A program made the translations under genes and the position numbers. Shown here in pieces: positions 8,217-15,410 of a stretch of DNA of 15,410 bases (positions within the stretch are counted from its first letter, which is position 1; every line of letters starts with the position of its first letter). Source of the stretch: Promethearchaeota archaeon (GTDB lineage: Archaea; Asgardarchaeota; Lokiarchaeia; Sigyniarchaeales; SOKP01); NCBI GenBank assembly GCA_018238625.1, contig JABCSY010000099.1, positions 1-15,410 of the forward strand, in the 5' to 3' direction. The notes under the pieces were generated by a model, which saw only the letters and a program-made list of their open reading frames with translations, made no database searches and was not told the origin of the DNA.

Positions 8217-9416
8217 ATGGATTTTAGTATAAACGATTACTCACTGTTAGATGAGATTGGACCCGAAAAAATTATCATTCTAAAAAACCCTTCAACGGAT
8301 TTAAACGCAGTTTTAGTTATAGACAATTCTGTTTACGGGATCCCCGCTGGCGGGGTAAGACTTGCTCCAGATATTTCGCTTGATGAGATGATTAGATTAT
8401 CCCGGGCAATGTCCCTTAAATTCTGTACTTATAGGATGAAAATAGGAGGGGCAAAAGCAGGTATATGGGGAGATCCTCTGGATAAAGAAAAAAAAGAAAT
8501 TTTACTTACAAGCTTTGCAAAATCAATAGAAACCTTTATTAAAAACGATGTTTATTACCCAGGTCCAGATATGGGAACCAACGACGATGATTTATTAAAA
8601 ATGTTTAGAGTAATGGGCGTGCCAAACTTAGCGCCAAAAAAGATAGGCATGGTAAAACTTGGGGTTCCCGTGGAAGAATTATTTACCGGTTACGGAGTAG
8701 TGTATTGTTTAGAAGTAATCTACAATAACTTAGGAAAATTAATTAAGAAAGAGCTTGATACTTCCAAAAAACCAAATGTTATATTAGAGGGTTTTGGGAA
8801 AGTAGGTACTGCTTTGGCTATGAGTTTGAACGAATTAGGCTTTAATTTAACGGGGATTTCAACCATAAATGGTGCTATCTTTGACGAAGACGGTCTTAAT
8901 ATTGAAGAATTACTAAAGTTAAAGTTGGAATATGGAGACGATTTAGTTAACCATTATGTTAGCAAAAACCTTATCAAAATTCCAAAAGAGCGATTATTTG
9001 AATTATCGTCAGAGTATCGCACTGATTTCATAATTCCTGGAGCGCGTCCAGATGTGATAAATAAAAAAAATATCGATAAAATCAACGCAATTGCGTTGGT
9101 TCCCGCAGCAAATATTCCATACGAGAAAGGTATTTTAAAAATATTAAACGAGAAAGGAATAATTGCATTTCCTGATTTTGTAGCCAATGCCGGAGAGGTT
9201 TTAGCAATTTTAGTGAATAAAGTTGCGAAAAACGCAGACGAGATTTTTGAATATATTAAATCAAAAATCACAGAAAAAACTTTTGAAGTAATTCAAGGAG
9301 CTACTGAAAATAAAGTTACTCCTTACGATTATGCGGTCGCTGACGCTCTTAACGAGCTTAAAAAGAAACTTAGACGGAAAAAAAATCTGGTAGAGAAATT
9401 AAACAAACGGTATTAA
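8217..9416 (+). CDS. Glu/Leu/Phe/Val dehydrogenase family protein
   Basis: GGVR, RLSRAMSLK, GGAKAG (catalytic Lys), PGPDMGT, TGYG, EGFGKVG Rossmann motif and PDFVANAG. GAGG lies upstream of the ATG. Confidence 0.93.
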   Translation: MDFSINDYSLLDEIGPEKIIILKNPSTDLNAVLVIDNSVYGIPAGGVRLAPDISLDEMIRLSRAMSLKFCTYRMKIGGAKAGIWGDPLDKEKKEILLTSFAKSIETFIKNDVYYPGPDMGTNDDDLLKMFRVMGVPNLAPKKIGMVKLGVPVEELFTGYGVVYCLEVIYNNLGKLIKKELDTSKKPNVILEGFGKVGTALAMSLNELGFNLTGISTINGAIFDEDGLNIEELLKLKLEYGDDLVNHYVSKNLIKIPKERLFELSSEYRTDFIIPGARPDVINKKNIDKINAIALVPAANIPYEKGILKILNEKGIIAFPDFVANAGEVLAILVNKVAKNADEIFEYIKSKITEKTFEVIQGATENKVTPYDYAVADALNELKKKLRRKKNLVEKLNKRY

Positions 9417-9444
9417 GTTGAAAAAGACCGTTTTGCAAATTATT

Positions 9445-9467
9445 ATCTTTTATTCTATTTTTTTTTT
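9445..9467 (+). terminator. Putative archaeal oligo-T terminator after the dehydrogenase gene
   Basis: T-rich stretch ending in T10 (9458-9467), about 40 nt after the stop. Confidence 0.45.
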
Positions 9468-9547
9468 AATTCTATTAGAATTAATTATTGCTAAAACCAA
9501 CGGCATTTTAATCTCAAATTTTAATATTTTCAAATATAAATTAAACA

Positions 9548-9555
9548 TTTATATA
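9548..9555 (+). promoter_or_regulatory. Putative TATA box for the APC permease gene
   Basis: TTTATATA matches the archaeal consensus and sits about 85 nt upstream of ATG 9641. Confidence 0.45.
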
Positions 9556-9640
9556 TTTCCTAACCAAAAAATAAAGTAATTAAAAATTTAATAAAAATGT
9601 AATATTCAATTAGAAAATTAGACAAATTTGTGAAAGAATT

Positions 9641-11101
9641 ATGGTTGAAGATAAAGAATTAAAACGGAGTATTAACTTACCCATCGCGATCTTTATTATA
9701 ATTGGCATGGTCATCGGGGCTGGAATTTGGGTTTCGCCAGCAGCTTATCTATCAAAAACGGGACCGGGGATATTCATTGCATATTTACTTGCTGTTATTC
9801 CCGCTTTTTTTGTAGCTTTTCTCATAGCTTACATTGGATCTGCTTTTCCCGTATCTGGTGGCACATATGTAATTACTAGTAGACTATTAGGAGGGTTTGG
9901 AGGTTTCATGACTGTGTGGCTGGTGATTTTAGCAGTCGGGGCTACTTTAGCTTTCTTAGCTGCGACGTTAGGCGTATTTATAGGACAAGCTTTAGGGATT
10001 CCTCCTGAATTGGAATTAATATTTGTACTAATTGTTGGACTTACTGTTTTAGTCTTTTTTTACTTCCTAAATTGGATAAAAGTAGAAATTTCTGGTTTAA
10101 TCGAGTTAATCCTTACAATTGTCGGAGACGTTTTAGTTATGGTGATATTTATAATAGCGGCGATTCCACATTTTAATCCTTCGAATTTTGAACCTCTATT
10201 TCCAATAGGTCTTGAGCCTGTTATGTTTGCGGCTTTAACTTTCTTTTTCTCTTATACAGGGTTCACTTTAATTTTAGATGTTGCTGGAGAGGTTAAGAAT
10301 CCAAAAAAGAACATACCTCGTGCGATACTAATTAGTATGGTGGTGCTCACAGTTTTATACGTTTTACAGGCACTAATGGTTGCGGGAGTTCATCCATGGA
10401 ATGTTCCAGTTGGGACCGTAACAGAAATTCTCATTCTTGGAGGTATCTTACCTTCTGAAATGATTATAGTTATGATAGTTCTCATCTCCATTGCTATCGC
10501 TTCTACTATCCATCCATCTTACATGGCGTATTCTCGAGACATACTTGTAGCAGCAAGAGAGCAAATGTTTCCTAAAGTTTTTACTAAGGTAAATAAAAAC
10601 CACAAAACACCAAGGCCTGCATTAACCCTTTTGCTTGTAGCCGGAATTTTCCTCTTTGTAACCGTTATACCCTTACTCGCACCATCATATGGCATCGAAA
10701 CCGCAAGCGTGTTATTGAGCGCTGTTACAGCTACCGTTGTGCTCATAATTCAAATCCCTATATCTTTAGCAGTATTTATCCTTCCAAAAAAGTTTCCTGA
10801 GTGGCACGAAAAAGCAGGTTTCAAACCAGCAGCTTGGCTTTTAAAGACTATGGGGGTATTAGGTTCTCTTTCTTCCTTTATATTTGTTCTACTATTGTTC
10901 ACTGATCCTGATGCGGGGATAATAATTGCTTTAATAATTTTTCCATTCGCTGCTATTGGAGTAATAGTATATTTATTTAGAAGAAAAACTCTTGCAAAGA
11001 GAGGAGTCGATATTAAGGAAATGATGAAATCGCTTCCAGAATCAGTATCCGTTGAAGATGGAGTACTTGGCAAGGTGGAAAGATTAGCTAAAGAAAAATA
11101 G
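9641..11101 (+). CDS. APC family amino acid permease
   Basis: About 12 TM segments, with GMVIGAGIW, FPVSGGTY, FSYTGF, AGEVKNPKKNIPRAI and AREQMFPKVF...HKTP motifs. Confidence 0.95.
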   Translation: MVEDKELKRSINLPIAIFIIIGMVIGAGIWVSPAAYLSKTGPGIFIAYLLAVIPAFFVAFLIAYIGSAFPVSGGTYVITSRLLGGFGGFMTVWLVILAVGATLAFLAATLGVFIGQALGIPPELELIFVLIVGLTVLVFFYFLNWIKVEISGLIELILTIVGDVLVMVIFIIAAIPHFNPSNFEPLFPIGLEPVMFAALTFFFSYTGFTLILDVAGEVKNPKKNIPRAILISMVVLTVLYVLQALMVAGVHPWNVPVGTVTEILILGGILPSEMIIVMIVLISIAIASTIHPSYMAYSRDILVAAREQMFPKVFTKVNKNHKTPRPALTLLLVAGIFLFVTVIPLLAPSYGIETASVLLSAVTATVVLIIQIPISLAVFILPKKFPEWHEKAGFKPAAWLLKTMGVLGSLSSFIFVLLLFTDPDAGIIIALIIFPFAAIGVIVYLFRRKTLAKRGVDIKEMMKSLPESVSVEDGVLGKVERLAKEK

Positions 11102-11115
11102 TAATAATACAATAA

Positions 11116-11134
11116 TTTATTTTTTTTATTTTTT
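11116..11134 (+). terminator. Putative oligo-T terminator between the convergent APC and MBL genes
   Basis: TTTATTTTTTTTATTTTTT in the 36-nt gap after TAG-TAA-TAA. Confidence 0.45.
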
Positions 11135-11137
11135 AAT

Positions 11138-12043
11138 TTAATTTGAAATATAGCCATCCTTTTTTTTTGAAATAATATCGTCTTTTAGGAACTTCTCAAA
11201 ATGCTTTTCAATCATTAAAAGTTCGGCAATAATCTCAAAATCTTTAAAAGCCGAATATTTTCGGTAGATAATATTTTTATATTTAAAATCAAGTAGTTTG
11301 ATTGGTTTGCCTTTTTCAGGAAAGTAGGATAATATCCTCTCGTCTCGCTCCTGCAAGATCGACTCGTATTTTTCAATTTCTTCTCTAATTTTACTTTTTC
11401 CTTCAATAATTCCTCTATGTCCCGTAACTATAATATTAACATCTAAATCCTTAATTCTAGCAATTGAGTTCTCAAATTCAATTAAACTCGCATCAATATT
11501 ACCATAGTATGGATATTTCGAAAGATCGATATCACCTAAAAAAGCTACTTTCGTATTCAGTTCATAGAATGAACAATGTCCCGCGGTATGCCCAGGAGTA
11601 TAAATAACTTGTAATTTTAACTCGTCTCCAGCATCGATAATCTGATTATCTTCTATTAAATCGTCTATTTTAACATTTTTCATTCGCAATACTTCAATTA
11701 GCTTTCTCATTTCACTTTCAATTGGAGTACCTGCGACATTATAATAAGGAATCATCATTTCGATATCTTCGATTGGTGGTTTATCCTTTAAATGACAATA
11801 AAACTTCGCATCTTTTAATAGATAATTACCAGAGATGTGGTCTTCGTGCCAATGGCTTAAGATTACGTGATTTATTGGATATAATCTCTTCAGTTTTTTT
11901 AAACGCTTGGGCGAAATCCCTGTATCGATTAGATAATCGCCAACTAAAAGAGAATGGGAATATGGATACCGAGCGTTTAGTTCGCCTTGGATAAAGTAAA
12001 TGTCTTTATATTCATCTGATAGAGGTTGGATGAAATCGTTCAT
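11138..12043 (-). CDS. MBL-fold metallo-hydrolase (glyoxalase II-like)
   Basis: LIDTG, SHWHEDH (HxHxDH), TPGHTAGH, FLGD and TGH motifs. Confidence 0.93.
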   Translation of the reverse strand: MNDFIQPLSDEYKDIYFIQGELNARYPYSHSLLVGDYLIDTGISPKRLKKLKRLYPINHVILSHWHEDHISGNYLLKDAKFYCHLKDKPPIEDIEMMIPYYNVAGTPIESEMRKLIEVLRMKNVKIDDLIEDNQIIDAGDELKLQVIYTPGHTAGHCSFYELNTKVAFLGDIDLSKYPYYGNIDASLIEFENSIARIKDLDVNIIVTGHRGIIEGKSKIREEIEKYESILQERDERILSYFPEKGKPIKLLDFKYKNIIYRKYSAFKDFEIIAELLMIEKHFEKFLKDDIISKKKDGYISN

Positions 12044-12146
12044 AATATCAAGCTTCCTAATTAATGAGCAATTTAAAGTTAGAAATCTCTTAAATTTTTG
12101 GATTTTACTTCTTCCGGTAAAATGGTTGTGAAAATTGATGATAATT

Positions 12147-12758
12147 TTAAGCAGAATTTAGAAATAATTCGTTCAATTCTCTTAACCACGCTCTACCTTT
12201 TAATTCTATTTGTGAGATAAAAACGTTTGAATTAAATTTTAAGACATCTTCAAGTTCTTCTGAATATTTCTCAAAGAGCTCGGAAAAATAATGACAAATC
12301 ATGTTTTCATAGGGTTTAATGTGGATAAAAGGATTCAAAAAGAGAGTAATCGTGAATTGGCTAAAACAAAAAACAGAATGCATTTTTATGTTTGTACCTT
12401 TTAATTTAATTCCAGCTAAATTTTCAATACAAATTTGGTCAGAAAAACGTTCCAACGCACAAATAAACATAGGGATAAGCTCGATATCAAAATTATTTCT
12501 CTTTTCTATGTCTTTTATGTCCTTTTTTATAAAATATTCTAAGGCACTTTTGAATACCTCAAAAATGGCAATAGTTTTACCATCTTTATCAGAAATCATA
12601 CATCCAATAAAAGCTGGTGCACTAAAATTGATAGAAGAAGACGCTAATTCCATCCATTTAGCATCCTCGTTAAAAAAATCTGTTAATTCGGTAGTTATTT
12701 CTATAGTTGGTTCCACGGTCATTTTAATCATTTCCTTTGAGATTTTATGATTATACAT
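12147..12758 (-). CDS. Hypothetical protein, probable longin/roadblock-like domain (paralog A)
   Basis: Apparent beta-beta-alpha-beta-beta-beta-alpha-alpha pattern: FIGCMISDKDGKTIAIFE, then DIELIPMFICALERFSDQI, then strands, then helices. The true start may be 12731 or 12722, after AAGGA. The fold is inferred. Confidence 0.7.
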   Translation of the reverse strand: MYNHKISKEMIKMTVEPTIEITTELTDFFNEDAKWMELASSSINFSAPAFIGCMISDKDGKTIAIFEVFKSALEYFIKKDIKDIEKRNNFDIELIPMFICALERFSDQICIENLAGIKLKGTNIKMHSVFCFSQFTITLFLNPFIHIKPYENMICHYFSELFEKYSEELEDVLKFNSNVFISQIELKGRAWLRELNELFLNSA

Positions 12759-13198
12759 TTCTTTTAATTAATTTAAGTAGATTTCAAATAGTTGTTATTT
12801 AAATCTATAAGCCAGTCCAAACCTAACCTTTCTAAAAAGTAAATATCCTCAAAATCATACTTAAACTCTTCAAAAAAATTTGTTAGGTAACTGTCTATTA
12901 CTTTTTCAACGACATTAAAGCAAACTATTGGATTTAAAAAGAAGATTATCGTATATTCATTTTGATAGAAAAGGATATGCATTTTAAAATTTGAATTCTC
13001 TATTTCAATATTTGGAATATTTTGAATAATAACATCTTCCGATGACCTTTTAAAAGCGCAAATATAAGTTGGAAAGGTGTCTATATTAACATTTTCCGCG
13101 TTCCTATCTTTTTTAATAATATTTTCAAGAGCTCCCTTAACAATTTCAAATGTAACTAAAGTTTTTCCATCTTTATCGGAAATCGTACATCCAATAAA
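12574..13198. repeat. DNA-level direct repeat between the two paralogs
   Basis: 12574-12611 and 13161-13198 share 35/38 identical nt. Confidence 0.9.
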
Positions 13199-13282
13199 GG
13201 GTGGGATTTTTTCGTTTGAAAAATCGGAATCAATATCCATATAATAATTTTCCTCATAATAAACAGAACTTTCAGCTATCAT
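12773..13282 (-). CDS. Hypothetical protein, probable longin/roadblock-like domain (paralog B)
   Basis: Collinear similarity to 12147-12758: 23/33 identical residues in the FIGCxISDKDGKT...ALE..IKKD block, plus shared KMH, FLNP and G..WL..LN. Confidence 0.7.
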   Translation of the reverse strand: MIAESSVYYEENYYMDIDSDFSNEKIPPFIGCTISDKDGKTLVTFEIVKGALENIIKKDRNAENVNIDTFPTYICAFKRSSEDVIIQNIPNIEIENSNFKMHILFYQNEYTIIFFLNPIVCFNVVEKVIDSYLTNFFEEFKYDFEDIYFLERLGLDWLIDLNNNYLKST

Positions 13283-13332
13283 TTTTTTTTAATTCAACTA
13301 TTTATTTGTTTATTGTAATAGAAAAGTAACAA

Positions 13333-13340
13333 TATATAAA
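13333..13340 (-). promoter_or_regulatory. Putative TATA box for the paralog pair
   Basis: TTTATATA on the minus strand, about 50 nt upstream of ATG 13282. Confidence 0.45.
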
Positions 13341-13349
13341 TTGATAACA

Positions 13350-13391
13350 AAAAATAAAATGTGTGTTCTTTTGACACACATTTCTATTTTT
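13350..13391 (-). terminator. Inverted repeat / hairpin with a T-rich 3' side (terminator or operator)
   Basis: AAATGTGTGT (13357-13366) pairs with ACACACATTT (13374-13383) and extends to about 17 bp with one bulge. It lies downstream of the proS-NUDIX genes. Confidence 0.55.
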
Positions 13392-13424
13392 ATACACTAA
13401 AATGTAAAAATTAAGAACAATTGA

Positions 13425-13454
13425 AATTTAATAACTTTTAAACTGTACACGTTG
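13425..13454 (-). repeat. Degenerate duplicate of the proS 3' end (second copy of 14032-14070)
   Basis: TAATAACTTTTA is exact at 13429-13440 and 14037-14048. AACTGTACACGTTG (13441-13454) matches AACAGTACAAGTTG (14057-14070) at 12/14. There is an 8-nt deletion between the blocks. Confidence 0.7.
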
Positions 13455-13467
13455 TTATTTGATACAA

Positions 13468-13968
13468 CTATATTTGGGTATGCTTTCTCTCTTTCCAAGC
13501 ATGTATTGCTTGATTATGACCACCACCAGCTAGATTCTTTGGGATATTGTTTGCTGCAAAAAAGGTTGGCTTAACCCCTTCAAGTGTTTCAGTCAATTTG
13601 CCCCCAATAGGACTACATTTATACACGATGAGAATACCATTACCTCTCGGGTCATCAGCAAAGAAGTAAATATCTACAAGCCTTTCAATCTTAACTCGTA
13701 AACCAGTTTCCTCATAAACTTCTCTTATAGCCGTTTGAAGTGGACTTTCATCTATTTCTGCATACCCCGCTGGAAGATTCCAGCAATCACGGAAAGGGTC
13801 ATTAGTTCGTTGTAGTAACAACAGCTTCCCATCTTGTTCTATGAGCCCACCTGCTCCCACTTTCAACTGGTCATAATATACACGCTGGCACTGGGGACAG
13901 AAGGGACGCTGTTTTTGTTCAACCTGTCTCCATTCAAGAATTTTACCACAACTTGGACAATATTTCAT
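13468..13968 (-). CDS. NUDIX hydrolase with N-terminal zinc ribbon (ADP-ribose pyrophosphatase-like)
   Basis: CPSC...CPQC ribbon and Nudix box GYAEIDESPLQTAIREVYEETGL. The start is ATG 13968 (in-frame TTG at 13971), with AAGGA upstream. Confidence 0.93.
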   Translation of the reverse strand: MKYCPSCGKILEWRQVEQKQRPFCPQCQRVYYDQLKVGAGGLIEQDGKLLLLQRTNDPFRDCWNLPAGYAEIDESPLQTAIREVYEETGLRVKIERLVDIYFFADDPRGNGILIVYKCSPIGGKLTETLEGVKPTFFAANNIPKNLAGGGHNQAIHAWKERKHTQI

Positions 13969-14035
13969 CAAATTATTTCCTTGAATTCTGGTAATTTTAA
14001 TCCTTTTAATTCAAATAAAATTAATTAATAAAAAT

Positions 14036-15409
14036 CTAATAACTTTTAGCAATGTAAACAGTACAAGTTGCTGGGTTGCCACAAATTAAACAGGTCGCAA
14101 ACTCATGCTTTTCCTCATCAACTCGCTTACCACGAACAAATCCTCCAATATCTTTTTCAACAACTCCTGCACAGTGTTCACCATCTTTATCTATTGAACA
14201 AAATCCGCAACAAACTATTTTGCCGTTATTTATCGCTTCAATTGCCGCGTCTTTTTCGTAAGCTACTTCAATTTGCGATTCAAAATCAACTAACTTTTTC
14301 TCTTTTATTTCTTTTGTGTAATTAACAGCAATATCATCTATGAAGCTTTCTAACTCTTTTTCCTTAACAAAGAATTTTTGACCATCGTGTCTTTTAACTA
14401 TAACAACTTGGTTTTTTTCGACATCTTTCGGACCTACTTCGATTCGAATAGGAACTCCTTTCAATTCCCAGTAATAAAATTTATTTCCCATTGATTTGTC
14501 TGATTCATCAATTTTTACACTGTATCTTTCCTTGAGTACATCAAATATTTCATTGACCTTTTCCATTACATTCTGCTCCTTACCCTTGAACAAAATTGGA
14601 ACAATTACAACTTGAACTGGTGCTATATCGAAAGGTAGGATCAATCCTTTATCGTCTCCAAGGTAAGCTATCATAGCTCCATATATTCTACTTATAGCTG
14701 GACCATAGCAAGTTTGATATCCATATTTTTCTTCTCCATCTTTATCAACAAATTTTACATTAAATGGCTTAGCAAAGTTTTGTCCTAAGAGATGAGTAGA
14801 AGGTAATTGTAAAACTTTTCCTGAGCCCATTAGAGCATCCGCAGCGAAAGTTTTCTGTGCTCCGCTGAATTTATCCCATTGAGGGCGTTCAAAGAAGATA
14901 ATTGGGATGCCAAATTCGTCTTGAATCATTTTGTAAGTTACTTCCATATCTTCTTTCACTTGTTCTTCTGCTCCCTCCATTGTGGTAAAAACATCGTGAG
15001 CTTCGATCCAGTGAAATTCTCTCCCTCTGAAAAAAGGCCTCGTCATTTTGCCTTCGTAACGCCAGACTTGACATGATAGATACCTTTTAAAAGGCAAATC
15101 TTTATAACTTCGAATCCACAAAGCGTACATCTTGTATAACGCAGTTTCACTTGTAGGTCGTAGGGCAAGTTTTTCATTTAACTTACCGGAGCTTCCTGCT
15201 TCGGTTACCCAAAAAACTTCCGGCGCAAAACCTTCGACGTGTTCAGATTCTAATAAGAAGTTACTTTCTGGAATTAATGAGGGCATTATTAACGGCAAGT
15301 GACCATTTCTCTCTAAAATTTCCTCGTATTTAGCGTACATCTTTTTTATTGTAATAGTTGCCCATTCTCGATAAACGACGAAACCCTTGATGTTATATCT
15401 GATATCCGC
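14036..15409 (-). CDS. proS: Proline--tRNA ligase, archaeal/eukaryote type (5' truncated)
   Basis: The frame is open to the window edge (ADIRYNIKGFVVYREW...). Motifs: ALRPTSET, WIRSYKDLP, TRPFFRGREF, HLLGQNF, DDKGLILP, anticodon domain ELKGVPIRIEVGPKD, Cys-rich C-terminus ending AKSY. Confidence 0.97.
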   Translation of the reverse strand, partial: ADIRYNIKGFVVYREWATITIKKMYAKYEEILERNGHLPLIMPSLIPESNFLLESEHVEGFAPEVFWVTEAGSSGKLNEKLALRPTSETALYKMYALWIRSYKDLPFKRYLSCQVWRYEGKMTRPFFRGREFHWIEAHDVFTTMEGAEEQVKEDMEVTYKMIQDEFGIPIIFFERPQWDKFSGAQKTFAADALMGSGKVLQLPSTHLLGQNFAKPFNVKFVDKDGEEKYGYQTCYGPAISRIYGAMIAYLGDDKGLILPFDIAPVQVVIVPILFKGKEQNVMEKVNEIFDVLKERYSVKIDESDKSMGNKFYYWELKGVPIRIEVGPKDVEKNQVVIVKRHDGQKFFVKEKELESFIDDIAVNYTKEIKEKKLVDFESQIEVAYEKDAAIEAINNGKIVCCGFCSIDKDGEHCAGVVEKDIGGFVRGKRVDEEKHEFATCLICGNPATCTVYIAKSY

Positions 15410-15410
15410 T

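Noticed and set aside
8954-11157. ORFs 8954-9271, 10519-10746 and 10750-11157 (-)
   Set aside because: Antisense shadows of the dehydrogenase and permease genes.
11215-12750. ORFs 11215-11406 (-), 11722-11994 (+) and 12319-12750 (+)
   Set aside because: They overlap better-supported genes and have no recognisable features.
507-13461. Integron attC interpretation of the AATAAC...GTTATT pairs after ORF1 and NUDIX
   Set aside because: The spans (about 20-30 nt) are much shorter than attC sites, and there are no L boxes, no array and no integrase.
13834-15076. Short ORFs overlapping NUDIX and proS
   Set aside because: Shadow frames of conserved genes.

Overview
AT-rich archaeal chromosomal window, most consistent with an Asgard archaeon (Lokiarchaeia). 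The clues are an IPGY-TM-KKKK Loki-CTERM-like sorting tail, tandem longin-like genes, an archaeal/eukaryote-type ProRS and TATA-like promoter elements. It holds 14 credible CDSs: a truncated Ig-repeat surface protein, a hypothetical protein, an EamA transporter, a CPBP/CAAX protease, PepD, an acyl-CoA synthetase, a D-cysteine desulfhydrase-like enzyme, a Glu/Leu/Phe/Val dehydrogenase, an APC permease, an MBL hydrolase, two paralogous longin-like proteins, a Zn-ribbon NUDIX hydrolase and a truncated proS. Four observations stand out: (1) the GC-richer NUDIX gene is bracketed by a degenerate duplicate of the proS 3' end, which looks like an integration scar; (2) the tandem longin-like paralog pair; (3) a Cys-rich two-CW-like domain fused to the PLP enzyme; (4) a divergent promoter with dyad symmetry centred on one TATA element. 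No rRNA, tRNA, CRISPR array, integrase or transposase was recognised. All calls are by eye, without database searches.
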